Part shown: positions 1-29,231 of the stretch, in pieces | How positions within the stretch are numbered: position 1 is the first letter of the stretch | Layout: each line of letters opens with the position of its first letter | Assembly (NCBI GenBank): GCA_020137815.1 | Contig: CM035351.1 | Location: 1,178,001 to 1,242,000 of the forward strand | Length of the DNA stretch: 64,000 bases | Origin: Hormiphora californensis | Taxonomy: Eukaryota > Animalia > Ctenophora | Direction: 5' to 3' | Translations under genes and position numbers: made by a program | The notes under the pieces: model-generated | What the model saw: only the letters and a program-made list of their open reading frames with translations | Told to the model about the DNA's origin: nothing | Database searches by the model: none

Positions 1-596
1 AACTTCCTAATCTTGGTAGCAGTAGACATATCAACCCTCTTATCTCCAACCTCAACCACCATTCCTCCGATCAGCTTCTCATCTGTAGCAGTCTCGAGGA
101 GTAGTTTCTCATTTTCCTTCAGGAAACTACCGAGGGCCTCCTTCAGGGACGCGAGATGGTCGTCAGAGAGAGGTCGAGCGGAGGTCACCTTGCAAGGCAC
201 CTCACCTCTCTGAGCGGCCATGATAGTGTTGAAGGCAGACACGACTCCAGTGATGTTCTTGGCCCTCTTGTTATCGATCATGGTATCGATCAAGTTGGTA
301 ACCAGGGGGTCTACACCCGCATCGCCGAACGCAGATCCAAGGACGCCCTTCTTCTCCTCCTTACTGCACACTGGCAGGGTAAGGTATTCCTTCAGTCCGG
401 AGACAGAGTCGATAGCTCCCTGGAGAGAGTTCAGCTGGTCCTCAACAGCACCAAGTGTGCCCTGCTTAGTAGCAGCAGAGTAGAGAGCATGGGCGTACCT
501 TCCCTCAATACCGAATACTTGGACTGGTGCCCGGACAAACTCGCCACTAGCGGCGGAGAAACTTCTGACAAGAGTAGTAGCGATCCTGGAGGCCAT
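1..596 (-). CDS. ATP5PO: Mitochondrial ATP synthase subunit O (OSCP); no intron in the window, C-terminus runs off the left edge
   Basis: Manual translation from ATG 596 (absent from the ORF track because it is open at the edge): MASRIATTLVRSFSAASGEFVRAPVQVFGIEGRYAHALYSAATKQ...LIGGMVVEVGDKRVDMSTATKIRK. Presequence-like N-terminus plus OSCP motifs GIEGRYAxALYSAA and IGGMxVxxGDKxVDMS. Confidence 0.95.
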   Translation of the reverse strand, partial: MASRIATTLVRSFSAASGEFVRAPVQVFGIEGRYAHALYSAATKQGTLGAVEDQLNSLQGAIDSVSGLKEYLTLPVCSKEEKKGVLGSAFGDAGVDPLVTNLIDTMIDNKRAKNITGVVSAFNTIMAAQRGEVPCKVTSARPLSDDHLASLKEALGSFLKENEKLLLETATDEKLIGGMVVEVGDKRVDMSTATKIRK

Positions 597-718
597 GACT
601 GAATCTAGATAAATATACGGGTTAGTAGTAATGTGATGGGTACTCAGTAACAAATTTGACTTAGCAAAGGTGTAAAAGACAACAAAATAAATTATTACAA
701 AACACAATAAACATCCTA

Positions 719-1309
719 TCAACTTTCGATTTCAGGTTTACTAGTTTCCTTCGATTTCCGTCTCTGCAAATACACCTTCTCACTATCAGTTATCTGCTTC
801 TGAGTTGCGGGTACTAAAAGTGCTGCAAAGTTTCTTAGATCGTCCAATAATAAGCTGTACGTGGCGATAGCTTGTTGAGTCGTTTCGATTTGAAGGCCGA
901 TTTTGTGTTCATCACACGCTTTTCTAAACTCAGGTGATGGCATATCAATCGTATCCCCGGTGCCTATCAATATTGTATCAATCTTTGGGTACAGTCTTGA
1001 GAGTAGAAACACTGAAGCAGGCGATGCTGTGCTCAAGTTATTGAATTTCCAATGGAGGAAACCAGCGTAGGGGAGAATCAATACTGGCCCATACACAAAG
1101 GAATTGTTGATCTTGAAGCCACGTTCGTTGCCGCTCGAAACCAAGAAATGTTCGTTTTTCAGAACCTTTTCACCGTCAACACTGAGGCGGTCAAAGTGTT
1201 TCCGAGACGGTGCATTAGCGTCCGTAGAACCGTCTAGATTTCCACTGAAACTGACAATGTGCCGACAGAACTGAGATCTTCCCACGATGCCCCTTACGAG
1301 CTGCAGCAT
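719..1309 (-). CDS. NDUFAF3: Complex I assembly factor NDUFAF3-like (Mth938 domain), intronless, 196 aa
   Basis: ORF has GFKINNSFVYGPVLILP, LYPKIDTILIGTG and QIETTQQAIATYSLLLDDLRNFAALLVP, matching the Mth938/NDUFAF3 pattern, and an Arg-rich presequence-like N-terminus. Confidence 0.88.
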   Translation of the reverse strand: MLQLVRGIVGRSQFCRHIVSFSGNLDGSTDANAPSRKHFDRLSVDGEKVLKNEHFLVSSGNERGFKINNSFVYGPVLILPYAGFLHWKFNNLSTASPASVFLLSRLYPKIDTILIGTGDTIDMPSPEFRKACDEHKIGLQIETTQQAIATYSLLLDDLRNFAALLVPATQKQITDSEKVYLQRRKSKETSKPEIES

Positions 1310-1927
1310 TATCGTATCAGTCTAGTGAGCTCGGGGCGCTGTATCAGACCAGGAAACAGGCTCAATTTACAGACGATTCTTGTTACAGAAACCGGAAAAC
1401 GAAACAAAAAGTTTGAAATTTTTTCGTGCTGTTCTTTCGCTTCGATTTCACGGCGCGCGCGAAAAAAAAGAGGGACCCTTCCGCGCGGTACAGTATTGCA
1501 GTTAACTATCTTGGAATTCGCGCCAGCCGAGTTTTTATAGTAAGTAAATCGCTCAGATCGAGCCACTGGTCTAGCGCAAGAGAACTGTGGTCAGAGCATT
1601 GGCCCGGCAGAGCCACTGCCACTACCTGACTCGTCTCCATCCAATCATAATCAATTATACGAGTATTTTCCTGTCAACAAAACGGATTGTCATTGATAAT
1701 AAGAAACATCAAACATAAAAATCAACAAAAATGTCGTTCAAAACTGAACATAATATTAATCATCAGACTGTGTATCAAATCTCTCACTCCACAAAACGAG
1801 AGAAATAGTGAGTCAAAAAACATCACACAGCACGGAATCAATAGCTATCAAACAAACAGACAAACAAACAAACATACACCAAAACATGCATGTACTCTCC
1901 CACACACACACACACAAACACACCTAA

Positions 1928-18113
<16,186 letters not shown>

Positions 18114-18921
18114 CGCTGGGCTAGGGGGTGACGCACAAAAAGTTAATTTACGGAAACTTAAAGATAAGAGATATAGAATATACTCAAAAGGCAGGAAACC
18201 TTCACTTTTCAATTTGATGGTTATTATGGAACAGTGGCAATGATAAGACATTCAATTACAAAGAAGATTGCATATTTTGGAAAGGTATTCAAATTATAGA
18301 CGTCCTATGTAACATATATTGAAGCATTAGAGTCAATCATGTGCCTGCATATTCCAGACAAGTTCATTGGCGAGATCAACCAGGAAAAGGAGTGTTTTCA
18401 TTTGACTTCACATTTCATCATTATGTTTTGTAAAGGAAGGCATATTTTGTTTTGTAAGGACTTAGTGAGGTAAAAGTAGTTTGTGGTGATGGGTGACACT
18501 TTAAAAGTCAGAAGTTAGAATTGGCAAACACAAAAGACTGAGAAAACAGCTTTTAAATCAACGAAAACCTCAGTAGATAACTTAACTTACGCTGTTCTAA
18601 CATGCTAAGAACTAAGTAAATAATAAAAACGGATGCTAACACACAACACTAAAGTAAACCCCAAACGAAAAAGGTCCCCACTTGGATTTTGTTGCCATAA
18701 CTCCAGTCTCCACCCCCTGGTGAGATGAAGACTTCAAATTTGGAGGTTAGGAAGAAATCGAAATGATCTTCTTAATTTGGTTTGGGTTTCACGTTAGAGA
18801 GGACGACTGCTTTGAGCCTTGAATGTGGATATTTCGTGATTTTAGGGAGACGAAAACGGAGAACGCGAAAGGCGAGGCCAGCGTTAAAATCTGGGTTTTT
18901 TGGGAGTGCTGACAAATGGTT

Positions 18922-18980
18922 TTTTAGGGTTAGGGCTAAAGTAGGGTTAGGGTTAGGGTTGGGGTTTGGGTTGGGGTTAG
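18922..18980 (+). repeat. Short degenerate interstitial (TTAGGG)n tract
   Basis: TTTAGGGTTAGGGCTAAAGTAGGGTTAGGGTTAGGGTTGGGGTTTGGGTTGGGGTTAGG. Confidence 0.8.
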
Positions 18981-19114
18981 GCCTTGACATTCCCTACCAT
19001 ATAAACTTTGAATCAGCCAAAACGGTTGAGTGGTTTGGCGGTTAGAGCCATTTTAGTGAATCAACTTTTTGGCAGCGCGCACCTGTAAACAGGCCTCCAA
19101 ACACCCAGATCGTA

Positions 19115-19717
19115 AAGTCGGATTTTTTGAAACTGTCACCCCCCTGGGTATTTTCAAATTTCGTAAATGACCATAAATCCGGTTCCTGACGAGACTTGAA
19201 ATTTGGAGGTTACGAAGATCTTGCTAAGTTCTTCCGAACCTCCAAATTTCAAGTCTCTATCTCATCAGGAACCGGAGATATGGCAAATTTTGTTATTTCA
19301 GGCAGGGGCGAAGCAAGGCTGGGTCCATTTGGTCCAGGACCCACTTTTTGGACGAGAGAGGAGAAGAAAATGGGAAAACTTGCTAAAAAGTTTTTTGAAA
19401 AACGAACCCCAACACCGATTGGCATCACTTTCCAACAGCCGAAGAGAAGCTGCCGAAGAGAGAAAGGGGGTAACTTGCTAAAAAGTGCAAAAATCAACAA
19501 AAACAATTAAAAAAAGTGAAAAAATGAGCCGATTTTCAATTGAAAAAACGAATGCGCGCAAGAAAAAGCTTATGCGGCAGCGCTATTCACCAGTAGGGTC
19601 CAGACCCACCTCGCGTGTTACATTTTCTGCAGCGCTGGACCCAAAATTTTTTTCGTGAATGAACGCCGCGCACCGCCCCTGATTTCAGGGGGGTGACAGT
19701 TTCAAAAAATCCGACTT
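19115..19717. mobile_element. MITE with ~30-bp TIR AAGTCGGATTTTTTGAAACTGTCACCCCCC, TA-flanked (copy 1)
   Basis: Perfect TIRs at both ends; same TIRs at 57434-57700. Confidence 0.85.
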
Positions 19718-20696
19718 TAACGGCGCCCGAAAGGCGAGCCAAAAGATTTTATTTTCGGACCTTGATTTTATTTTCTTGCAATGCAACTTTTTAGTTCTAT
19801 GCGCGGTGTTGCGCGGCTCGGCTAAGCAGTTAAGTTTTAAACTAATCGCACATTACGTTTTGCTTTTCCAGCAAATTTCTCGGAGTGTTAGAAAACCCAA
19901 GCAACTTTTGTAGTGAGGGTTATAATAGTTCCACACGCCCCATGTACTAGAAACAATAATCGTTTTTATTATGTAGGTTTGAAAAACAATTTAAGAAATA
20001 CATGTTAAAATTAGTTTGACATGTTTTGAACCAAGAAAAGTCTCTCGTCCTACAAGTAAAACTAGGAAACATTTCATAAATACACTCTCTGACATGGATG
20101 CTGACTTATCGCTGAGCAAAGTTCGTCAAAGATAGTCAATTTTAGCAATACTTCTGACCTATTATATCGAAAATAAATTAACCGTTTTGATGCATGACGG
20201 TAAGGTATTACAAGACGCTACCAAAAATATCAAGATTCAGATTGACCGTTATCTCAGACTTTTACTGCAGGCTGCAGCTTTTTTAATAGCAAACCATCTA
20301 CAAACAGAATGCATGCCCTAAATTCGTTCCCTCGAATTCTTTTCTGAACGTTTAGTTAACATCGATACAGATCCTACTATCTGTACCTCTCTCTAGACAC
20401 AAATACACAAATATAATCCAGCAAATACCCGGCCCAGATACCAATAACTTTCGGTTCAATTAATCTGAGTTTGATTGAATACCATATGAACAGATATCAG
20501 CACAGCTAAATTATTCTAGTAGACAGGATTTCTTATGCTTCTTGTTTCGTTGTTAGACGGAAATGGGTCACGTCTGTCAGAGCATTGGCCTGACAAGGTC
20601 ACGTATAGAACCTAACATCCTACACCTAACAATGACACAATCACTGTGTCACACACAGCCAAGACATACATTAACATCTGAGTATAAGGGATTGGG

Positions 20697-20728
<32 letters not shown>

Positions 20729-20773
20729 GAATGCAGACAAATTCTAGGAAAACATATACAAACAGTCCCCTCA

Positions 20774-22019
20774 CTAGTCAATAGTAATAATATTATCAGA
20801 GTCCCTCGTCGATCTTGACGAGGATTGATGTTGCTGTTGCTGTGATTGTTGCTGTGCTGCAGCCTGTTGTTCCAGCTGTGTTCGGTGGTACTGTCGCATC
20901 TTCTCGAGCTCCCGGATGAAGTTAGTAAATGCAGGGTCAGCGTTTGACATGGTGCTCTGACACATTGATATCAATGCTTCGTATCCTGAGAGAAAGAGGG
21001 GTGAGTTATTGCCGCAATATTGCCTTTTCCGGTATCTGTTCTAGACAGCAAATGATGAGGGGGACTATCGCAATACTTGAGAAGCATACTGCGTGGGAGA
21101 ACCAAAGAGAAATGTTAACTAAAACCAGCTAAGGGGAGTATCGAAAAAACATTTATTCCAACTTCAATTTCATCCATGATTGCCCTAATCAGAAAACCCA
21201 ATTATCACTCATCAACAAAGCGTGAATTTGGTAATAATATAAGTGAAATCTCTCAACCGTAACCAGAAAGAAAGAAGCGGGAGGATTTTTGGGTTCGCGC
21301 GCGAGCCTCTACACCTACACCGACACCGCGCGTTACTGCAAGTCAACTCACCTGCATATGAGGCCGGATCCTGAGAGAGCAGAGATTCGGCCGGTTTAGG
21401 GATTTGATCGGATAACTGATGTTTGTTGAGTCGTGGCACTTGTCGTAGCAGCTCTGAAGGGAAGAGGGAATGGTGTGAAACATGAAATCAGTTGATGACA
21501 CTATATCTGTGAGAGTTACATCACCTAGCATCACACACATTTTACAGACACGAAGTGACAAAAACTCACTTTTTACAAACAACATTACAGACATACTTAC
21601 ATTTTACACACCATAACACTTACTTTTTGGCGGGTGGAGGGGCGCAGTCATCATCATCGTCATCTGAACTCAGAATATCGATGACATCGTGTACTGCCGG
21701 GGCTGTAAAATGGGGGATGGTTAAACCTCATTAAGTTGTCGTGGTGGGTGTCAAGGGGATAAACTTTAACGATCTTCCGAGAAAGTTTCCCTTTATCAAA
21801 AAGGGAAACTTTCTCAGAAGATCGTTGGTGGTTTTTTAATATAGTTGGATAGCGAATAATCCATAATCCATAATAATAGAAGGAAATAAATTTTAGGAAG
21901 AGTTAGCGATAGAAAAAAAACAATAAATTATTTAATGAGCTTTTGAGATTAGAAGTTATCTATTGAGATTCCAAAAATGCATGTTGGGTGAGTACAGAGA
22001 TAACAATGAAAGGCTCCAG

Positions 22020-22072
<53 letters not shown>

Positions 22073-22082
22073 AGAGAGAGAT

Positions 22083-22173
<91 letters not shown>

Positions 22174-22199
22174 AGAGATAGAGATAGAAAAAGAGAGAT

Positions 22200-22272
<73 letters not shown>

Positions 22273-22281
22273 TAGAGATAG

Positions 22282-22356
<75 letters not shown>

Positions 22357-24080
22357 GTGTGAGAGCAAGCAAGTCTAAATATAGGTGTACTTTGAATACA
22401 TTCTAATGTATGTACCGAGGTATCATTGACAATTATACTCACTATATACAAGCATGAATACACGTTTAACTTAGTGGTAACTATCTCTCTATAATAAATC
22501 CATCAATCTCTCTTTTGTCCCCTATTAGTAGCACAGTAATTACCCTGATAGGTTACACACACACAAATCACATTAACTAAGGAAGTAACTCCACATCCAT
22601 TGACAAAAGGCAGTATAAAAATTACACTTTCCACCGACAAAAGGCAGTAGCGTTTGCCACGGAGAGCAGTAACTCTGGCAGCAACGGTGGTTATTTTCGT
22701 GTACAATGACAAAAGGCAGTAAGTTCTGGCGTCCTGTGACTCTCTGACGATAAACTTCAGATAGATTTCATAATATCATTCAGACTCACAATGAACCCTT
22801 TCACTGAAATGGGTCATGTAGCAGAGTTTTTCATAACAAGTGATATTAGACCCACATAATATATGTAGTTATTATACCCGCCTTGGTTTCGGGGGTATTC
22901 GAACACAAAATTGAGTTTAAACTATTTCTTAGAATTTGCGATTTCCAGGAACTCAAACCATTGATTTACTAGGAAGTTGCTATCTACATTCCATCACTCC
23001 TGGAAAGTTCAAACAACCGAAAGTTGCTTTCAAGTTGAATGAAGAAGATTTAGCAACATTTATCACCCTAATGATCAACACCTAACTGGCATTTAATGAT
23101 CCCGCTCACTTCATTTGATGATCCTAGTTATATTCAAATGACAATATCATTACTCCAAAAGAGGGAGTATAATTAATTGTGTTATTAAATTGCTGATTCC
23201 CTTGGTGTGTTCACTGTTATACGGGATGCTTGTGAAGTGAAGCAAGAATCTGAATCTGACCGGGGGCCTGAACACTAATGTTCGCTGTTAAATGCAGGGG
23301 ACAAGGTGCGGCTTGTCAGGTGCTGTCAATAATCAAATAGCGCACCCAAGGCTTTAACAAATGTATTTTAAACCCCATCCGGCTCCACTGGCTCGACTGG
23401 CCCTCTTTATTCCTCAATTTGACGCATTATTTGGTTGCCATGGCAACTAAATTTGTATCTATGGAGACTGGATTGTTAAAATTGACTCCAAAATGCCAGC
23501 AGAGTGTTTAAATGTTTCATTTATTTAAAGTCTTAAAACTAAAGAAGCTCTTCTCTCACTGCCTGGCAAAGGAACACAACCAAATAAAAAAGTCTACATT
23601 TACCAATGCTCATTCAAATAATGCTTGATCATCAATCTTCCTATCACCGGAAAAAGTAATTATACCATTATCAATTATCAGCCGCACACAAGAAATATGC
23701 CCACTTCCTTCCTGTTAAAACCACGCCCATTTACTGCATAATATATCCTGCTTATCTTGCTTGTATGTATTGAGATACCATCTGTATCACAGCAGCAGCT
23801 AAAAACCGGAAATACCGGTCACGTGACACATTCCAGAGTAGTGACGCAATAGAGGAGTAACTACAAACATCCACTGACAAAAGGCAGTATAAAGATTACA
23901 TTTTCCAACGACAAAAGGCAGTAGCGTTTGCTTCTTAGGGCAGTAACTCTGGCAGCAATGGTAGTTATATATGCGAACACTGACAAAAGGCAGTAACTCG
24001 GGACGTCTACAGACAGACGTACATACATTGTAACGTGTGGAATATTCTGCACCACAACCATGAAGAGAGATAGCTGAGAG

Positions 24081-24129
<49 letters not shown>

Positions 24130-24133
24130 GGGA

Positions 24134-24211
<78 letters not shown>

Positions 24212-24220
24212 TAGAGAGAG

Positions 24221-24280
<60 letters not shown>

Positions 24281-27200
24281 CTGAGTGGATATGTTTGTCT
24301 GTGTGAGTGAGAGATGGAGAATTTGAGAGAGACATATCTCAGACACGATTGCGAAACTCTCTTCCACATCATGAATATTTCATACCATTATTGCATAACT
24401 ATATTCATAATTGAATTATAACAACTTTGTTTGTAACTGTGATATGTGATCCTAATAAAACAATCTTGAATAAATTCCGTTGTAAATTTTCCATATGATC
24501 TAAGATGGCGGAAGAAGATGGCAAACTGCCAATTATAAGCTTTACGTGTCATGTGATGCAACTGTTAGTTCATATTGGAAATTGGGTGTCATCCAACTAC
24601 CTCATCCTACTGATAAAAGGATTGCCAACATCTAACTTGTTACCCCTTATACCTTGCGGGCACGCCAAAGCGTACCCTACAGCTACCTACAGCTTCCGGT
24701 ATGTTTGGGTAAATTCGTTAACAAATTTCAGCATCATCATCATACTTTAACCAACCTGGTGTAGAGGATCCGGGAGCTGCGTCCACTGAAGAAGAGGGTG
24801 ACCCATCTGACTCCGGACTATCCACTGATATGGCCTCTGGTTTTGGTTTTGTTTCTTGCATCACTTGATCTGAGAGAAATTGGGAAATTATATTTCAGAA
24901 GAACTGTTGCAACACTCCATTTAATATTGGGTACCTATAATCTCAATTATCTGCATTTTATCTCTAACCGTAGCTGTCAAGTAAATTACATTATTACAAC
25001 AGCATAACCAGATGATTGATGATTTAGGGATTGGTTTCATTCAGTATGTAGGTGTAGTTTTTATTGTCTAATCCTACTACCATTAGTACTAAACTTTTTA
25101 ATTAACTAATGTAGTTATCGGCAGTTGTTGTACCTGGTTTGTTAATTAGCGCTTTCCAGGACCCATCAGGGAACACCTCTATCTCATCTGCATCTGAACT
25201 CTGGCTAATGATCAACTTGAAAAAGGCATCAATAGCGAGGGTGGGGTATTTGGCAGTTCCATCACACACAGGACACTGCCACGTTGCTTTCTTCTCATTC
25301 ATCTGGAGGGGAGGGGAGTCAGAGGTGGTGAAACTGGGGGGGGGGTGAGTTGTCAGGGGAGGGGGTTATAGAGGGGGAGAGTTGTCAGGGAGGGGGAACT
25401 GGGGGAGGGGGTGGCAGTTCCATCACACACAGGACACTGCCACGTTGCTTTCTTTTCGTTCATCTGGAGGGGGGGGAGAGTTGTCAGGGGGGAGGGGGTT
25501 ATAGAGGGGGAGAGTTGTCAGTTGTCAGGGGGGAGGGAGTTATAGAGGGGGAGAGTTGTCAGGGAGGGAGGGGGTTATAGAGGGGGTGAGTTGTCAGGGG
25601 GAGTTATAGAGAGGGGGTTAGTTGTCAGGGGGAGGGGGTTATAGAGGGGGGTGAGTTGTCAGGGGGAGGGAGTTATAGAGGGGGAGAGTTGTCAGGGGGG
25701 AGGGAGTTATAGAGAGGGATATTGTCAGGGGGGCGGGACTGGGGGGAGTTATAGAGAGGGGTATTGTCAGGGGTGGTGAAACTGGGGGGGGGGTGTCAGG
25801 GGCGAATAACCTCTACCATGCAGGCACGCCCAAGCGTGCCCTGCTACGAAGGCCGTGGCCTGAGGGGTAATTTCGATACTTACTTAGCCTTGGTCGACCT
25901 TCTCTCACCCCGCCCCACACTTTTTGTAAAGGGTTACAGCATAATTATAAAACCGCACATACCTAACTAATTTAATTGGTGGTAATTGAAAGTTTCTAAA
26001 TCTAAATACCTGTAGGAAAATGGAGGCATCAAAGCACTGTAAATGATTGCACGTTGTAGGTCGACAGGGTATTTGTATCCGGGCTTTACTGAGTGGACAT
26101 AACAGAGAAACCCGTAAACTCGTGGTAGCTATCTCATTATCATCACATGATAACTTCTCCTTGATCAGTGCCTGATGAGAGGAAGAGAGAGTGTTTAGAA
26201 GGACAAAGTAAAGGGGAGGCGATTTTACTTTTGATTTTGGCATTGTTGATGAATGTGATCGGTGAGTATATCCAGGAAAATACGACCATTATATTAGGTC
26301 ATTCGGTAAATATCTGGACAGGTATGTTTGTGAGAGAACGGAGCTAGATAGAGCCAAGCGACCTATTCCAGCGTCTTCCTTGGACATTTTTAGGTTGGAC
26401 TAGGATGGTGGGAACCTTCGCCTGCTGGCAGTATTGCCTCACGAGCAATATGTTTCAATGCTACTCTAGCTGCCGCTTTATGCTAACTTTTAACTCAATT
26501 TTGGACCAATATGACCTACTTCCGGATCATTCGGAAAGTTTTTAACCCTATATATTGCTTATTAAATGCCTTGAGATACTCCATAAACCTTCCTGAAATT
26601 TTTGGATGAAATGTCTAGCATGGGGAAGCGATTTTCGCTAGATTTGGTAAAGCTGAATTTTAATTTTTTTTACAAATGTTGAAAAAAGCCGCCATGAGCC
26701 AGGTACCCATTGACCGATCGTAATAAAACTAACATAGGACCTAGAAAATTGTATAAGCTAACATTTAACGTTGGATTCAAGTCATTTAGACGTTTAGAAC
26801 GTACAAAAACGGCCATGAAGTGCGCAAGGAGCAATTTTGGCAAAAATCCAATTTTTAAGGATGAAGATGGAATCTAAACGCTTCAATTATGGTTGCATCA
26901 TCTTCAGGCTAAAAAAGTGATCTAGGAACACTGGTCAAACCGATCATCTGTCCCCAATAGAGAAAATGCCATGACATATTCAATCATCCGTAGTGCCACA
27001 GTTTTTTCTTGCATAAAGCGGCAGCAAGAGTAGCATTGAAACATATTGCTCGTGAGGCAATACTGCCAGCAGGCGAAGGTTCCCACCATCCTAGTCCAAC
27101 CTAAAAATGTCCAAGGAAGACGCTGGAACAGGTCGCTTGGCTCTATCTAGCTCCGTTCTCTCACAAACATACCTGTCCAGATATTTACCGAATGACCTAA

Positions 27201-29002
27201 TATATCCTGCCCCCCCCTTGAATTCGCCAGCTCTCGTGACAACATGCTGTGAAGTGTAGATTTTCATGGTAACTATGGTAACCATGTGTTAAACTTACCT
27301 TGCTGTGGTCGATATTACGGACGTGTTTCTTTAGTCGATCCAGTAACACCTGGGAATTGTGTTGCCGTACCAGTCTCACCACAACGCAATGTCGCTGACC
27401 GTAGTTGCTCGCCCACGTTACAGACAAGGCATTGGGATAGGCGCTGCTTAACCGACAGTGAGCTGTTATGTCGATTGGTACTGATGGGGGCCGCTTCACG
27501 TTTGAGCTTTGAGGCTCCTGAAACTGTAATGGGAAGAGATGGTGTCAGATGGGAATATTGAATACAAAAAACACAATAAACAATATATCGAATTGATTGA
27601 TACATTTCAACTATTCTCCGTGAACATGAAGAAGTCAATCAATTTAGGGACAATATTCAACTACCAGTCACGTACGCTATAAGCTTGGCTTCCGTTAACT
27701 TTTAGGGATAGAAAAGCGGGGAAATGGTCCGCCTGCTCGCAACTGGTCTCCAAGAGACATAACCGAACTTGAATTTGTACCAGATAGTTGTAGGATATAA
27801 CATTGCCACCTTGTAGAGGCTGTATCGTTCTATTGGAGGGAGAGGGGGAGAGGTATTGTGTGAGAAAGAAAGAGGTATTCATTAAATTGGGGTCACTAAG
27901 CTAAGTGAGGGCTTTATAATGTAAAAAATATGCTAAATGTGTTTAAGAAAGATGGAGAGTCATAATAACCCCGCTGTGTAATACCTGCTATCGTACCTGC
28001 TATCGTATATGGCCTGGACTTGTCGTTGGCTCAGGTAGAAAGGTATTGTGGTCTCCTGATACCGACTGGGACCCTGATCCATCATGCTGGTGGGTTTAAT
28101 TAGGATATCTATCTCCTCGTAGAATGGCAGGTCCTTGAATGTTACGTCAGGTAACACTGGAACGTGTTGCTGGGGAGAGAAAAAGAGGAGATTTAATATA
28201 AAGGGTCATAAGTGGGGGGGGGGGGGAATGCAGAACAAAGGATTCATAATTTAGGGCCTAAAATTTAGGCCCTACATTTAACAACCTCCCCGGGGCTTAT
28301 TTACGGGTGTAACAATTCAATTGTAACATATGGATATTGAGGTGTACCTTGTCTGACGATGACTCTGAACCAGGGCTTACACCGTAACTCTTTCCTGAAC
28401 TTGTACCTAGAAGAGATTACATTTATCAGAATTTAGCAACTTCAACCTTAGATTCAGTTGGTTGCTATGAAATGGTTGCTACGGTATGGTTGCTACAGTA
28501 ATCAGTATGGTTGCTATGGTATAAGATATAACTGATGGATACCTGGTGCATTGAGGGAGGTGATAACAGTAGTAGTAGGATCTATGACACCCGCTTGCCG
28601 AGGTGGATATCTCCGGTTGTAGATATCTCGTATCGAGTTGGCCACCTTACAATCCTTCGTATCCGAATTATTCTTGATCAGATTTAGGGCCCGCGATTGG
28701 AGTTCCTGTTTCTTCCCAACACGTGACCGGTTACATGTCATCATTAGCATTTGGAGCTCCTGTACTCGGAAACTGTTCACCATTCGCTGAGAGACAGGGA
28801 TGGGGGTCAGTGATAGTTGCGGCGGCTGAAGTAGTACTGAATGGTAGGAGGGATAGTTTTAATTGGTAATAATCAAGGGGTTTAAACTCACAGGAAGGGA
28901 GGTTTGGGGTCCCGTAGTTGCTGAGTGAAGATAGTCTGAACTTACCCTAAGGACTTCTTTCTCGATTCCTTGGTTGCTCATTGCACCACGCTTATCTGAC
29001 AT
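20774..29002 (-). CDS. PIAS: PIAS-family SUMO E3 ligase (SAP, PINIT, SP-RING), multi-exon
   Basis: Exons 28946-29002 (MSDKRG...), ~28543-28786 (SAP: [13 protein letters not shown]), ~28348-28407, ~27997-28170 ([11 protein letters not shown]), ~27675-27815 ([18 protein letters not shown]), ~27299-27522 ([17 protein letters not shown]), 26011-26171 (SP-RING: [36 protein letters not shown]), ~25110-25302 ([14 protein letters not shown]), ~24757-24869, ~21621-21703 (SIM-like [11 protein letters not shown]), ~21352-21453, last exon ~20774-20986. Confidence 0.93.
22025..22350. repeat. (GA)n microsatellite; others at ~11158-11312, 15410-15490, 16180-16290, 24075-24280, 33645-33780, 34895-34990, 46655-46730, 56838-56935, 58412-58460
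   Basis: Directly visible; source of the SLSL/ERER ORFs in the track. Confidence 0.97.
22585..24000. repeat. Two diverged ~140-bp copies (22585-22725, 23866-24000), each with three GACAAAAGGCAGTA motifs, in a PIAS intron
   Basis: Direct comparison of the two stretches. Confidence 0.7.
25303..25790 (-). repeat. C-rich ~32-bp tandem array plus a duplicated PIAS acceptor and exon start (25412-25468)
   Basis: Units CTCTCCCCCTCTATAACCCCTCCCCCTGACAA; second CTCCAG|ATGAACGAAAAGAAAGCAACGTGGCAGTGT upstream of the real exon. Confidence 0.85.
26294..27200. mobile_element. 907-bp non-autonomous DNA transposon with ~190-bp TIRs, TA(TA)-flanked, Tc1/mariner-type ends
   Basis: TATA|TTAGGTCATTCGGTAAATATCTGG...CCAGATATTTACCGAATGACCTAA|TATA; arms 26294-26483 and 27011-27200. 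Confidence 0.88.
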
Positions 29003-29231
29003 GTGGGTTATCACCTAAACTGTGAAGTAAAGAGATAAAGAAACTGTTGTTGGGCAAATAAAAAGGCAAACGTTATTAGCATTAAAACTAACCACATAAC
29101 TGGTATACAATTGTGAGATTCCTAATGTTGGTTAAAAAACCCGACTGTAAGGGGTAAACATTCACACACTCTAGATTCTAGGTAATGAAAATTAAGAAAA
29201 ATGAAAAATATTGACTGGCTAATGACAATGT

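Noticed and set aside
13-602. Plus-strand ORFs 13-213, 156-602 and 220-483
   Set aside because: Antisense shadows of ATP5PO.
18922-18980. Chromosome end or telomere fusion site
   Set aside because: Only ~9 degenerate units in one orientation within repeat-derived DNA.
19186-19270. Hammerhead ribozyme cores (CTGAnGA...GAAA)
   Set aside because: No pairing stem II or flanking stems; part of a MITE's internal inverted repeat.
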